Program-made: the position numbers and the translations under genes | Source: a virus | IMG/VR virus record: IMGVR_UViG_3300045988_121667 | Coordinates: 1-32,086 of that record | Strand: one strand, 5' to 3' | DNA length: 32,086 bases | Shown here: one piece after another, positions 1-8,862 of the stretch | Position numbering within the stretch: position 1 is the first letter of the stretch | Layout of the letters: every line of letters begins with the position of its first letter | The notes under the pieces: generated by a model | Database searches by the model: none | Seen by the model: the letters and a program-made list of their open reading frames with translations, nothing else | What the model was told of the DNA's origin: nothing

Positions 1-99
1 ACCTTTGAAGGGTTCATCCTGCCTTACTACGTCTCCACGATGGAGGGCGCCAGATACCCGGTAGACGTTGAACACATGTACATCTACTGCGACGAGTAC
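1..99. repeat. Terminal direct repeat, left copy (identical to 31988-32086): circular-contig overlap or short terminal redundancy
   Basis: Read directly: bases 1-99 (acctttgaagggttcatcc...ctgcgacgagtac) are identical to 31988-32086. The repeat lies inside an ORF that stays in frame across the junction. Unit genome length is 31,987 bp. Confidence 0.95.
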
Positions 100-183
100 G
101 ACGAGTTCTATAACCTGATGGTGGTACAGGTTGCCGAACGCATATTGCAGGGCGAAAAGTATAAAGACACACAAATTAATTAG
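1..183 (+). CDS. Hypothetical protein, 3' part of a gene that wraps the circular junction (5' part at 31868-32086)
   Basis: Frame 1 is open from base 1 to TAG 181-183. Position 31988 (equivalent to base 1) is in frame with ATG 31868. After collapsing the 99-bp overlap the protein is about 100 aa (MKGKGKEKEKEFIIAEV...KYKDTQIN). No recognisable domain. Confidence 0.7.
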   Translation, partial: TFEGFILPYYVSTMEGARYPVDVEHMYIYCDEYDEFYNLMVVQVAERILQGEKYKDTQIN

Positions 184-206
184 AAACCATATAAAAAAAA
201 GAAATC

Positions 207-764
207 ATGAAAGTTACAGCATTGACATTTGAATTTGACGGGAGAAATGAACAAGAAGTTATTAACGTTACTAAGATGCTGAAAGAGCTACTTTCGGGCG
301 CCCCTGACGGGGTTTCAGCAGAAACGCATGCAGTTACACCTAAAGAGGAAGAAAAGCCCGTAGCGGTCAGCGAAACAACGTCTACAGCCGTGCCGACATT
401 CAACGAGCCAGCGCAACCCGTAGCACCTACGTTTAGCGAGCCGACGAAGACTGCCACCCCGAAAAGGGTTAAGACCGGGCCAGCCAAGGTAGAAGAACCT
501 GCAAAGGTAGAAGAACCTGCAAAGGTAGAAGAACCTGCAAAGGTAGAAGAACCTGCAAAGGTAGAAGGGGGAACGAAGAGGGAAGCACCTACTTTGAAGG
601 AGATGCAAACACTCGTTATATCAAGCGTTAGAACCGGGCACGTTACGCGAGATGAAATGTCGTCTATCCTATTAGAGTTCGGTGGTATGTCGCTTTCGTC
701 CATTAACCCTTCCAAGTATGCCTTACTTAAACAACGTATTGAAAATTATCCTTTGACAAGATGA
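207..764 (+). CDS. Hypothetical early protein with a Pro/Glu/Lys-rich linker containing (PAKVEE)n repeats
   Basis: 185-aa ORF in the track. It ends in an ATGA overlap with the next gene. The central low-complexity linker is encoded by an 18-bp tandem repeat. The C-terminal ~60 aa look globular (APTLKEMQTLVISSVRTGHVTRDEMSSILLEFGG...). Confidence 0.7.
   Translation: MKVTALTFEFDGRNEQEVINVTKMLKELLSGAPDGVSAETHAVTPKEEEKPVAVSETTSTAVPTFNEPAQPVAPTFSEPTKTATPKRVKTGPAKVEEPAKVEEPAKVEEPAKVEEPAKVEGGTKREAPTLKEMQTLVISSVRTGHVTRDEMSSILLEFGGMSLSSINPSKYALLKQRIENYPLTR
483..567 (+). repeat. 18-bp in-frame tandem repeat, about 4.7 copies (unit gcaaaggtagaagaacct)
   Basis: Copies at 483-500 (1 mismatch), 501-518, 519-536 and 537-554, plus a partial copy at 555-567. 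Encodes PAKVEE repeats inside CDS 207-764. Confidence 0.95.
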
Positions 765-1939
765 AGGAACAGATAAACCATAGCGAGCGCGAACACGCGC
801 TCCTATCTCCCAGCAGCTCGCACCGCTGGATGAACTGCACACCGTCTGCACGGTTGGAAGAAAACATACCGAGCACGGGAAGCGCGGCATCAGAGGAAGG
901 GACAGTAGCGCACGAGTTGGCAGAGCACGCAATAAGAAAGTATTTGGCCGGGGAGTACACCCCACTACTTGATGAATTGCCCGTACCAAAAGAGATTGCC
1001 GGTAATAAGTATTACGGCCACGAGATGGATAAGTACGTAACGGATTACGTATGTTACGTGTGCGACGTTTACGAGGTCATGGAGGGCGCGGAAATGAGCG
1101 TAGAACGAAAGTTCGACCTAACAATGTACGTCCCCGAATGTTTCGGTAGCTGTGACTGTGATATAGTAGGCGAAAAGGTCCTAAACATCATAGACCTTAA
1201 GTATGGGAAGGGCGTGCAGGTGGAAGCCGAGAACAACACGCAATTAATGCTCTATGCACTTGGCGTTCTTCGCTCCCTACCACCCGAAAGGCAGGCTAAG
1301 ATAGAAACGGTACGTATGCACATCGCCCAGGTACGTTTGGGACATTACCCGATATTCGAGATGTCTGCACGAGACCTGACCCACTGGGCGATACACGTAT
1401 TAAGGCCGACGGCTGAAAAGGCTTTTGCCGGGCAAGGAGAAACGAAGGTAGGTTCTCATTGTAAGTTCTGCAAGTTCAAGGCCCAATGCCGGGCGCAACG
1501 TGATGCACTTGTCAATGAGTTCGAGACCCACGGAGAAACCAAAGCCCTATCCTTAGAGGAAATTGGGGAGATACTCAATAAGGCGGATATGTTTACCGAC
1601 TGGTTGGCGTCGGTCAAGCAGTTTGCAATGTCAGAAGCCTTAAGCGGTAAGCACGTGAACGGGTGGAAGCTGGTGGAAGGCAGGTCGGCACGGGTCATTA
1701 AGGACGAAGCAGAGGCCTTAAAACGACTAACGGAGGCAGGTTTTGACCGGGAAACCCTTATCAATACGAAGATAAAAGGCATCGGAGACCTGGAACGAAC
1801 CGTGGGAAAGAAGCCGTTAGCGGTTCTACTGGACGGTGTGATAATTAAGCCCCAGGGCGCGCCAACGCTCGCACCGGAAAGCGATAAGAGAGAACCGATA
1901 CAACCTACTTTGGATATGTTTGAGGAATTAAATTCATAA
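761..1939 (+). CDS. PD-(D/E)XK Cas4-like exonuclease, DUF2800 family
   Basis: The N-terminal signature HALLSPSSSHRWMNCTPSARLEE is typical of DUF2800. Nuclease core DIVGEKVLNIIDLKYGKG. C-terminal cysteine cluster CKFCKFKAQC (Cas4-like Fe-S ligands). It sits in the classic DUF2800/DUF2815/PolA/VirE cassette. Confidence 0.85.
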   Translation: MKEQINHSEREHALLSPSSSHRWMNCTPSARLEENIPSTGSAASEEGTVAHELAEHAIRKYLAGEYTPLLDELPVPKEIAGNKYYGHEMDKYVTDYVCYVCDVYEVMEGAEMSVERKFDLTMYVPECFGSCDCDIVGEKVLNIIDLKYGKGVQVEAENNTQLMLYALGVLRSLPPERQAKIETVRMHIAQVRLGHYPIFEMSARDLTHWAIHVLRPTAEKAFAGQGETKVGSHCKFCKFKAQCRAQRDALVNEFETHGETKALSLEEIGEILNKADMFTDWLASVKQFAMSEALSGKHVNGWKLVEGRSARVIKDEAEALKRLTEAGFDRETLINTKIKGIGDLERTVGKKPLAVLLDGVIIKPQGAPTLAPESDKREPIQPTLDMFEELNS

Positions 1940-1978
1940 AAGAGGTTAACGAAAGAACCAACCTATCAGATAAGGCGT

Positions 1979-1986
1979 TATATTTG
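1979..1986 (+). promoter_or_regulatory. Bacteroidota-type -7 promoter box TAtaTTTG
   Basis: Exact match to TAnnTTTG in the 73-bp gap, 27 nt upstream of ATG 2013. Confidence 0.5.
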
Positions 1987-2012
1987 CATTATCGATTTGA
2001 AAACAAAACGAT

Positions 2013-2321
2013 ATGAAAAGTAACAACGGTATTCTAACGGAGAAAGAGATTCAAGCAAGAACAAGGTTTTGGAACAAAAAGCAATTCCGCACATGGACTA
2101 ACAGGGAACTTGAAAGGCCCTCTACAAATATGCAAAAACTTTTGGTGGCCCTAAAGGAATTCAGTATGGACGAGATTGAAGCTATTAGAAATCTAGACAG
2201 ACATGGCCTTGGGGTGCATGGGAAAAATGACCCGAAGCATATCGTATGGTCGGCACACCAAAGGGATTTAGATTACGCTATTTCGATAGCACCGAAACCT
2301 TTTAAAGTTAAACAGGGTTAA
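2013..2321 (+). CDS. Hypothetical protein (102 aa)
   Basis: ORF in the track, same strand as its neighbours, preceded by a promoter-like box. No recognisable motif. Confidence 0.6.
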   Translation: MKSNNGILTEKEIQARTRFWNKKQFRTWTNRELERPSTNMQKLLVALKEFSMDEIEAIRNLDRHGLGVHGKNDPKHIVWSAHQRDLDYAISIAPKPFKVKQG

Positions 2322-2422
2322 CAGAGTAAACAACTTATGGATTTATTTGCCATCCCTGCAACATCAGATTAAAAACGGAACGTCCGAACCGATTAGAGGA
2401 CAAAAAGAAAAACAGTATTACA

Positions 2423-2968
2423 ATGAAAGCAATGATTAGGAACGCAAGATTGAGTTATGTACGTGTATTCGAAGCATCACAGGTTAACGGACAAGGAGAC
2501 GCAACGTATAGTGTCTGCCTACTGATTGACAAGAACAGCCCGGAGGTTCCAAAGATTAAGGCGGCAATCGAGGCCGAGCGCGCAACGTTCAAGACTAGAT
2601 ATCCTAAACTCGCAGGCAAAGACCCCAAGACGTGGAACAACCCGTTAAGAGATGGCGACGAAGAAAAAGACGGTGCGGAATACAAGGGGTGCTACTTCAT
2701 CAACGCGAAGCGTAAAGAGGCGCAGGGCGCACCTATCGTTATCGACGGCCGTAAACAGTACATCACAGACAAGAACGAGGTGTACAGCGGTTGTTACGGT
2801 AATGTAGCCGTGTCCTTCTACCCATATGAGTTTACCGGGAAATACGGTGTAGGTGTAGGTCTGAACGGAATACAAAAAACAGCGGATGGTGAACGTTTGG
2901 ACGGTGGAACAAGCCTTGATGATTTCGATGTGGTGGATATCGACGAAGATGACGACCTGTTTAAATAA
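2423..2968 (+). CDS. ssDNA-binding-like protein, DUF2815 family
   Basis: The N-terminus ARLSYVRVFEA...ATYSVCLLIDKNS matches the DUF2815 pattern. The acidic C-terminal tail DDFDVVDIDEDDDLFK is typical of SSB partner-recruitment tails. Position between DUF2800 and PolA is as expected. Confidence 0.8.
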   Translation: MKAMIRNARLSYVRVFEASQVNGQGDATYSVCLLIDKNSPEVPKIKAAIEAERATFKTRYPKLAGKDPKTWNNPLRDGDEEKDGAEYKGCYFINAKRKEAQGAPIVIDGRKQYITDKNEVYSGCYGNVAVSFYPYEFTGKYGVGVGLNGIQKTADGERLDGGTSLDDFDVVDIDEDDDLFK

Positions 2969-2997
2969 CCCTTTCAGAGTAAAAGACATTGGTAAAA

Positions 2998-3023
2998 ATC
3001 GGGGGCGTAAAGGCCCCCACGAT
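2998..3023 (+). terminator. GC-rich hairpin after the SSB-like gene (weak terminator or RNA stability element)
   Basis: GGGGGC (3001-3006) pairs with GCCCCC (3013-3018), extended by ATC/GAT with a bulge. There is no clear T-tract downstream. Confidence 0.3.
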
Positions 3024-3036
3024 TTGAAAGGCAAAA

Positions 3037-4140
3037 ATGGGAAAAGGTGATTCATATATAAACGCACAGGGGGTTAGAATTTCAAAAGCAACGGGCAAGC
3101 CCGTGAAGAAATATACGAAGAGAGATACCGCGTACTGGGACGCACGTATGAACGGCCCTACCGTATCTGGAAGAGAACCTATCGAAGTAGTGGTAGACCC
3201 GGTAATAGCAGAGCTTCAAACACTGTACACAGAAGAAGAGATACAAGGTATCATAGACCTAAGGAAAGACAGCGCGCCTATCGAACTGGTGGAGATTCAC
3301 ACAAAGGCTAAATCAATGCTCGACGAAAGTAACACGGGCTTTTTGATAGTCAGTGACTGGCACGCGGATGAGGTTGTCAAGGCCTCCACCGTCTTAGGCA
3401 AGAACGAGTATAACCGGGACATAGCGGAAAAGAGAATAAAGAACTTTTTCTCAAACGCCATCTACATGGTGAGGAAGAAGCCCGTAGATAACCTGGTGGT
3501 AGGTCTTATCGGAGATATGATAGGCGGATATATTCACGACGAACTTGCGCAAACAAACAGCATGACTCCTATGCAGGGAGTTCAGTTCGTAAAAACGCTC
3601 ATCATATCGGGGCTTATGGCTATCCACGACGAACTACCCGAACTACAAAAGATTGTGGTGGTGGGAATATGCGGAAATCATTCAAGAACGACGAAGAAAA
3701 TGCAATTCTCGAACGGATTCGCTATGAACCACGAATACTTCATGTACAAGGATGTCGAGCAAACGTTAACACTCATGGGTTTAACAAGGTTCGAGTTCAT
3801 CATACCCGAAAGTGAATTCGCATACCTCGACATCTACGGGAAAAAGATTCTTTTCTGCCACGGACACCAGTTTAGAAGTGCAGGCGGTATCGGGGGTATC
3901 TATCCGAGTATGTTTAAATGGTATGCAAAGTTAAATCAGACCATTAAGATTGATAAGGCCTTCATAGGACATTATCACCAAATGATATACACGAAAGAGG
4001 TTTGTGTTAACGGTTCTCTGAAAGGTTTCGACGCGTTTGCGATGGGCCACGGGCTGGCATACGAAGAGCCCCAGCAAACATATGTTATTCTGAACGAGAG
4101 GCGAGGATTCATTTTCTACTCACCCATCTTTGCCGATTAA
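3037..4140 (+). CDS. Calcineurin-like metallophosphoesterase (Mre11/SbcD-like fold class)
   Basis: The ordered phosphoesterase motifs are all present: SDWHAD (DxH), GLIGDMIGG (GD), GICGNHSR (GNH), FCHGHQ (H), FIGHYHQ (GHxH). Confidence 0.75.
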   Translation: MGKGDSYINAQGVRISKATGKPVKKYTKRDTAYWDARMNGPTVSGREPIEVVVDPVIAELQTLYTEEEIQGIIDLRKDSAPIELVEIHTKAKSMLDESNTGFLIVSDWHADEVVKASTVLGKNEYNRDIAEKRIKNFFSNAIYMVRKKPVDNLVVGLIGDMIGGYIHDELAQTNSMTPMQGVQFVKTLIISGLMAIHDELPELQKIVVVGICGNHSRTTKKMQFSNGFAMNHEYFMYKDVEQTLTLMGLTRFEFIIPESEFAYLDIYGKKILFCHGHQFRSAGGIGGIYPSMFKWYAKLNQTIKIDKAFIGHYHQMIYTKEVCVNGSLKGFDAFAMGHGLAYEEPQQTYVILNERRGFIFYSPIFAD

Positions 4141-4147
4141 GTGATAA

Positions 4148-4189
4148 GGGCTATCGATTGTTAAATAATTGCAACTGATAGCCCTTTTT
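4148..4189 (+). terminator. Rho-independent terminator
   Basis: GGGCTATC (4148-4155) pairs perfectly with GATAGCCC (4177-4184), with further partial inner pairing. It is followed directly by TTTTT (4185-4189). Confidence 0.65.
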
Positions 4190-4212
4190 CTTGTCTATCC
4201 AGAACATTTACC

Positions 4213-4220
4213 TACCTTTG
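4213..4220 (+). promoter_or_regulatory. Bacteroidota-type -7 promoter box TAccTTTG
   Basis: Exact TAnnTTTG match, 40 nt upstream of ATG 4260 and just downstream of the terminator. Confidence 0.5.
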
Positions 4221-4259
4221 CCATTGTATCAGTATAAGCAATTAAAGACCAAAGAGATT

Positions 4260-6278
4260 ATGAGACATCTTTTTATAGACTTTGAAACATACTCCGAAAC
4301 AGACATTAAAAGCGCTGGCAATTACAAGTATTGCGAAGACCCGGCCTTTGAGATATTGCTGTGCGGTTATATGTGGGACACGGACACGGAGGTATCGATA
4401 ATAGACCTAAAGACCCCTAATGGGCGTACCGAGTTTAACGAGCTGTTCACATCGGTAGCCAATGACCCGGACGTAGTCATAGTGGCCCACAACGCGACGT
4501 TTGAGCGCATCTGTTTGAAGGAATACGGGTTCGATATAAGTCCTATGCGCTTTTTCTGTACGGCTAATATGGCGCTCTATTGCGGTCTGCCCCCTTCACT
4601 TGACGCTGTTTCACAGATTCTCGATTTGCAGGATAAGAAGCTGGGAACGGGCAAGAACCTCATCCGTTATTTCTCCGTACCCTGTAAACCTACCAAGGCA
4701 AACGGAGGGCGCACCCGTAACCTACCCGAACATGACCCGGAGGCCTGGGAAGAATTTAAGGAATATCTACGCTATGACGTGCTATCGGAAAAGGAAATAT
4801 TCGGCAAATTATCACGGTTTGAGTTTCCCGAACTGGAGCAACGCATATATGCAGCAGACCAGCGGATAAACGACTACGGAATACGAGCCGATTTACAGTT
4901 GGCCACGGCCGCCCGTGATATGGACGAAGAGTATAAACAGAAGTTAGCCGGGATAGCGGAAAGCAAATACGGTATAGGTTCGCTAAAGTCCATGCCGCAG
5001 CTAAAGGAGTTCATCAAGGAACGTACCGGTGTGGTTGTCTCGTCGTTGACCAAAGGAGTGATAGAGGATGTCATAAAAGAGATTGCAAGCCTTAAGAACG
5101 TCACAGAAGCAAATAAGCAAGCAGTGTTAGACGTCATAGACCTACGTCGGGAAATCGGTAAGACATCGAACGCAAAGTACACCGCCATCCTTGCAAGTGC
5201 AGGACGAGGAGACCGTATCAGAGGCTTGTTTAGGTATTACGGTGCGAACCGTACCGGGCGGTGGGCCGGGCGCCTGGTACAGTTGCAGAACCTACCGCAA
5301 AACCATATCGAAGAACTGGACGAGGCGCGAGACCTGGCGAAGCTGCACGACCTGTCGCTGATGGAATTAATGTACACTAAACCTACGCACATCCTATCGC
5401 AGCTCATACGTACCGCGTTCATAGCCCCAGAAGGTTACACGTTCTCCGTGGCTGACTTCTCGGCGATTGAGGCCCGTGTAATCGCGTGGGTAGCCAATGA
5501 ACAATGGCGGTTAGAATTGTTCAAGGACCCTAAAGCCGATATATATTGTGCTTCCGCTTCTAAGATGTTCGGTGTGCCCGTCCATAAGGGGGACGAGCTA
5601 AGACAGCGCGGAAAGGTTGCCGAACTTGCATTAGGTTACGGCGGTGGGGTTAACGCCCTTACTACGATGGACACCAAGAAAGCGCTAACGGAAGAAGAAA
5701 AGCCTCAAATACTGTTAAAATGGAGAGAAGCTAACAAAAAAGTGGTATCTTTGTGGAAATCCTTAGAAAATGCCGCAAAAACGTGCATAGGCACACGCAG
5801 ACCGCAAACGTATGTTATTGATGAACATTCCTCAATAATATTCAGATACGAAGGCGGTGCAATGACCATAGAATTACCGTCGGGGCGAAAACTTTTTTAC
5901 CCTTCCGCACGTTTAAGTGGTAGGACAATATCGGGCCCGAATGGAGAGTTTGACGTGCAGGATATTTCCTACATGGGCCAAGAACAAACCACGGGCAAGT
6001 GGGCGAAGTTACATACCTACGGAGGTAAGCTAACGGAGAACGTTGTGCAGGCCATAAGCAGAGACCTGTTGGCAAACGCCATTTTCAAGGTTTTCGATAT
6101 GGGTTATGACATTGTTCTACACGTTCATGATGAGATAGCCGCGGAAATACCTAAAGACGGGAACGAAGAATTAACGCTTAACGCGATGATAGATGCGATG
6201 TGTGACGCGCCAAGTTGGGCGGCTAACATCCCATTGCGCGCGGCTGGTTACATAACAGAATATTATAAAAAAGATTAG
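4260..6278 (+). CDS. Family A DNA polymerase with N-terminal 3'-5' exonuclease domain
   Basis: Exo motifs LFIDFETYS and VIVAHNATFE. Pol motif A SVADFSAIEARVIAW, motif B RQRGKVAELALGYGGG, motif C LHVHDEIAAE. The start is set at the first ATG (4260). The track ORF begins at TTG 4191, which lies upstream of the promoter box. Confidence 0.92.
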   Translation: MRHLFIDFETYSETDIKSAGNYKYCEDPAFEILLCGYMWDTDTEVSIIDLKTPNGRTEFNELFTSVANDPDVVIVAHNATFERICLKEYGFDISPMRFFCTANMALYCGLPPSLDAVSQILDLQDKKLGTGKNLIRYFSVPCKPTKANGGRTRNLPEHDPEAWEEFKEYLRYDVLSEKEIFGKLSRFEFPELEQRIYAADQRINDYGIRADLQLATAARDMDEEYKQKLAGIAESKYGIGSLKSMPQLKEFIKERTGVVVSSLTKGVIEDVIKEIASLKNVTEANKQAVLDVIDLRREIGKTSNAKYTAILASAGRGDRIRGLFRYYGANRTGRWAGRLVQLQNLPQNHIEELDEARDLAKLHDLSLMELMYTKPTHILSQLIRTAFIAPEGYTFSVADFSAIEARVIAWVANEQWRLELFKDPKADIYCASASKMFGVPVHKGDELRQRGKVAELALGYGGGVNALTTMDTKKALTEEEKPQILLKWREANKKVVSLWKSLENAAKTCIGTRRPQTYVIDEHSSIIFRYEGGAMTIELPSGRKLFYPSARLSGRTISGPNGEFDVQDISYMGQEQTTGKWAKLHTYGGKLTENVVQAISRDLLANAIFKVFDMGYDIVLHVHDEIAAEIPKDGNEELTLNAMIDAMCDAPSWAANIPLRAAGYITEYYKKD

Positions 6279-6281
6279 GGG

Positions 6282-8732
6282 ATGGAATTAAGGAAAATGA
6301 CCTTTAAGGTTGCGACCGCTACTAGTGCAAAGTCGGTAAGTTGGAAGAACCGTACCTACACATGGGACGACCTTGTTAAGAGGTTCACAAGTGCAAAGGT
6401 GACGGAGGAAACCTACCGCGAGTTCATGGCAGCGAGCAAAGCCGAACAAGGAGCAATCAAGGACGTAGGAGCATTCATGGGAGGAGAGCTGCTTGGAAGC
6501 AGACGAAGCAAGAACAACGTAGGCGAGCGTTCATTATTGGCGCTTGATATCGACTACGGAGAAGCCGATTTCCCGGAACGTTTTTTCGCTGCCATCAATT
6601 GCGCGTGTATCATTCACGGAACACATAAACATAACCCGAAAGCAGGTACGCTACGTTATCGCGTTATCATTCCCTTGTCTGAACCCGTGGATGGTGAACA
6701 ATACGAAGCTATCGCACGAAAGGTTGCCGAGATTACCGGGATAGACCTGTACGACCGCACGACGTTTCAGCCGGAACGCTGCATGTTCTTCCCGTCGGTG
6801 TCCCGCGATGTCGATTATTTTTACACCGACTATTCACAGTTATGTGAAACCCCTCTGGACGTGAACGAATACCTTAACATGTACGAGGATTGGCACGACA
6901 CGACCGAATGGGCCTACCATAAGGACGAGAAGGGCGAAGTACGTACCTTTGTTAAGGAGCAGCAGGACCCTACCTTAAAGGAAGGTACGGTGGGCGACTT
7001 TTGCCGGGCGTACACCATTTCAGAAGTCATCGCGAAATACCTGCCGGACGTTTACGAGCCGACAGACCGACCCGATAGATGGACGTATAGCGGTGGCTCC
7101 ACCTCGGGGGGCATGATTACCTTTGATGATATGTTCGCCTATTCGTTCCATAACAACGACCCTATCCAGGGAAACCACGTGTTTAATGCCTATGACCTGG
7201 TACGTGTACACAAGTTCGGTAAGATGGATAAGGGGCAAGACCGTACGAAGTCGACCGACGCGATGAACGAACTTGTAAACAAGGACGCGAAAGTAGCGGA
7301 GATGCGTGCATCCCGTTTGCTGGCAAAGACTACCGAGGTAATGAACGACTTCGAGGAAACGATAGAACCCGAAGAGGTTCACAATAATCTGCCCGAAGTA
7401 TCATTTGAAAAGGTCATGGCCGAACTCGAGGTTGATAAGAAAGGTAGCTACTTGCCGAGCGCAAAGAACCTGGGTCTCATACTTAAGTATGACCCGAATT
7501 TAAAAGGCCTGATTGCCCGTGACCTATTCAAAGAGCGCCGGGTTGTCACCCGTACCCCGATATGGAGACCGAAAGACAGTAGTACGGACTTTCAAGACGT
7601 AGACTTTGCGGGGGTTAGAAAGCATATCGAGGACGTCTACGGCATCAGTAGTTCGTTTAAGGTGGACGATGCCATATCGTTGGTTGCCGAGATTAATTCT
7701 TTCCACCCGGTGCAGAACTATCTGACTAACTTGGAATGGGACGGTACGGAACGTGTGGATACCGCGTTAATAGATATACTCGGTGCAGAGGATAACATAT
7801 ACACCCGTGAGGCATTTCGTATCATGATGGTAGGAGCTGTCAAGCGTATTTTCCAGAAAGGGTGTAAATTCGATAGTATGCTGGTGCTTCAGTCGGACCA
7901 AGGGGCAGGAAAAAGTACATTCCTTAAGATGCTGGGCAAACAGTGGTTCTCAGATAGCCTTTCAACCATGGACGGCAAGACAGCGTTTGAACAACTGCAA
8001 GGTAACTGGATATTGGAGATTGCCGAGTTATCAGCGATGAGACGTTCAGAGGTCGAGATGGTGAAAAACTTCATCACGAAGACAGAGGACAGCTTCCGAC
8101 CAGCGTACGGGCGTGTCACAAAGAACTTTCCGAGACAGTGCGTTTTCTTCGGTACGACTAACAAGGACGAGTTTTTGAAGGATGCAACCGGAGGGCGTAG
8201 ATTCCTACCCGTACATGTACGTGCCAACGAAAACACCCATCTTATCTTCGAGGCCGATTTCCCGGCATACGTAGACCAGTTATGGGCCGAGGCCGTCAAC
8301 ATGTATTTCCGCGGTGTGCCTACGTTGTTATCAGCCGAAGCTGAGGTGATAGCCGAACAAGGAAGAGAGGAACACTTCGAGACCGACCCACGTACCGAAG
8401 CGGTTGCAAGGTATTGCAATATGTACGTGCCTACCAACTGGGAGAAGATGTTCCCCCTGGAACGTCGTATGTATTACGAGAATTATGATGAAGGCGAGAT
8501 AAAGAAGGAGGAATGCGTGCGGATGGACTTCGTTAGCGCTACGGGCGTGCTGGTTGAGGCCTTAGGTTTCGAGGTAGGGAAAATCAAGGCAAAGGACGCT
8601 TCCGAGATTAGTGATATACTGAACAAGTTACCCGGATGGGAGCGTAGCAGGCAGAGGGTGAAGTCATACGGACAACAAAGGGGATTCAAAAGAATTGTTA
8701 ACGCAGGCGTCGATACCAAGTCTGAAAATTAA
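6282..8732 (+). CDS. Bifunctional primase-polymerase / VirE (D5-like, SF3) helicase
   Basis: 816 aa. The N-terminal AEP-type primase region has LLALDIDYG and RYRVIIPL. The C-terminal VirE/D5-type NTPase has P-loop SDQGAGKSTFLKML and Walker B-like WILEIAEL. Confidence 0.88.
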   Translation: MELRKMTFKVATATSAKSVSWKNRTYTWDDLVKRFTSAKVTEETYREFMAASKAEQGAIKDVGAFMGGELLGSRRSKNNVGERSLLALDIDYGEADFPERFFAAINCACIIHGTHKHNPKAGTLRYRVIIPLSEPVDGEQYEAIARKVAEITGIDLYDRTTFQPERCMFFPSVSRDVDYFYTDYSQLCETPLDVNEYLNMYEDWHDTTEWAYHKDEKGEVRTFVKEQQDPTLKEGTVGDFCRAYTISEVIAKYLPDVYEPTDRPDRWTYSGGSTSGGMITFDDMFAYSFHNNDPIQGNHVFNAYDLVRVHKFGKMDKGQDRTKSTDAMNELVNKDAKVAEMRASRLLAKTTEVMNDFEETIEPEEVHNNLPEVSFEKVMAELEVDKKGSYLPSAKNLGLILKYDPNLKGLIARDLFKERRVVTRTPIWRPKDSSTDFQDVDFAGVRKHIEDVYGISSSFKVDDAISLVAEINSFHPVQNYLTNLEWDGTERVDTALIDILGAEDNIYTREAFRIMMVGAVKRIFQKGCKFDSMLVLQSDQGAGKSTFLKMLGKQWFSDSLSTMDGKTAFEQLQGNWILEIAELSAMRRSEVEMVKNFITKTEDSFRPAYGRVTKNFPRQCVFFGTTNKDEFLKDATGGRRFLPVHVRANENTHLIFEADFPAYVDQLWAEAVNMYFRGVPTLLSAEAEVIAEQGREEHFETDPRTEAVARYCNMYVPTNWEKMFPLERRMYYENYDEGEIKKEECVRMDFVSATGVLVEALGFEVGKIKAKDASEISDILNKLPGWERSRQRVKSYGQQRGFKRIVNAGVDTKSEN

Positions 8733-8757
8733 CGACTTGTTAACAGATTGACTAAAA

Positions 8758-8816
8758 ATAGGGTTTATTCTTAAACGGTGTTAATGAAATATACAACGTA
8801 TCGGAATAAACCCTAT
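8758..8816. promoter_or_regulatory. 13-bp perfect inverted repeat whose right arm overlaps a promoter box
   Basis: ATAGGGTTTATTC (8758-8770) and GAATAAACCCTAT (8804-8816) are exact reverse complements with a 33-nt spacer. The right arm overlaps TAtaTTTG at 8814-8821. Confidence 0.6.
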
Positions 8817-8821
8817 ATTTG
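8814..8821 (+). promoter_or_regulatory. Bacteroidota-type -7 promoter box TAtaTTTG
   Basis: Exact TAnnTTTG match in the 130-bp gap after the primase-helicase gene. ATG 8824 is too close to be downstream of the start site, which favours ATG 8863. Confidence 0.5.
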
Positions 8822-8862
8822 TAATGCCAAAAGGAAATAATAATAATTTAAAGATTAAGATT

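Noticed and set aside
1-99. The terminal 99-bp repeat as an attachment site, a transposon end, or biologically meaningful direct terminal repeats.
   Set aside because: It lies in the middle of an uninterrupted coding frame and is a perfect end-to-end duplication of the contig termini. That is the expected artefact of assembling a circular or circularly permuted genome. No integrase or transposase is present. Genuine short DTRs cannot be excluded without read-end data.
483-567. Template/variable repeat of a diversity-generating retroelement.
   Set aside because: The copies are adjacent in-frame tandem units without adenine-specific mismatches. No reverse transcriptase gene exists in the genome.
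176-715. Antisense ORF of 179 aa opposite the 207-764 gene, and similar minus-strand ORFs at 2645-3067, 7889-8437, 12049-12501, 13685-14137, 15631-16068, 17599-18186, 23016-23435, 24303-24869, 26973-27509, 29809-30441 and 30203-30949.
   Set aside because: All lie fully inside + strand genes that have recognisable motifs or consistent operon spacing. Their products are low-complexity or Cys/Arg/Ser-rich shadow translations. For example, 176-715 simply reads the tandem repeat backwards. No minus-strand promoter or terminator context was seen.
2322-2422. Promoter box in the gap upstream of the SSB-like gene (GATTTATTTGCC at about 2340-2351).
   Set aside because: The spacing is TA-n0-TTTG rather than TAnnTTTG, so it does not match the consensus used for the other calls.
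4191-4259. Upstream extensions of track ORFs using non-ATG or very early starts (4191 TTG, 8824, 10075 TTG, 14834 GTG, 23838, 29027 TTG, 29410 TTG).
   Set aside because: The extensions run over terminators or TAnnTTTG promoter boxes, or overlap the preceding gene extensively. The first downstream ATG gives N-termini that fit known domain starts (for example MRHLFIDFETYS for the polymerase exo domain). Starts remain uncertain by a few tens of nt.
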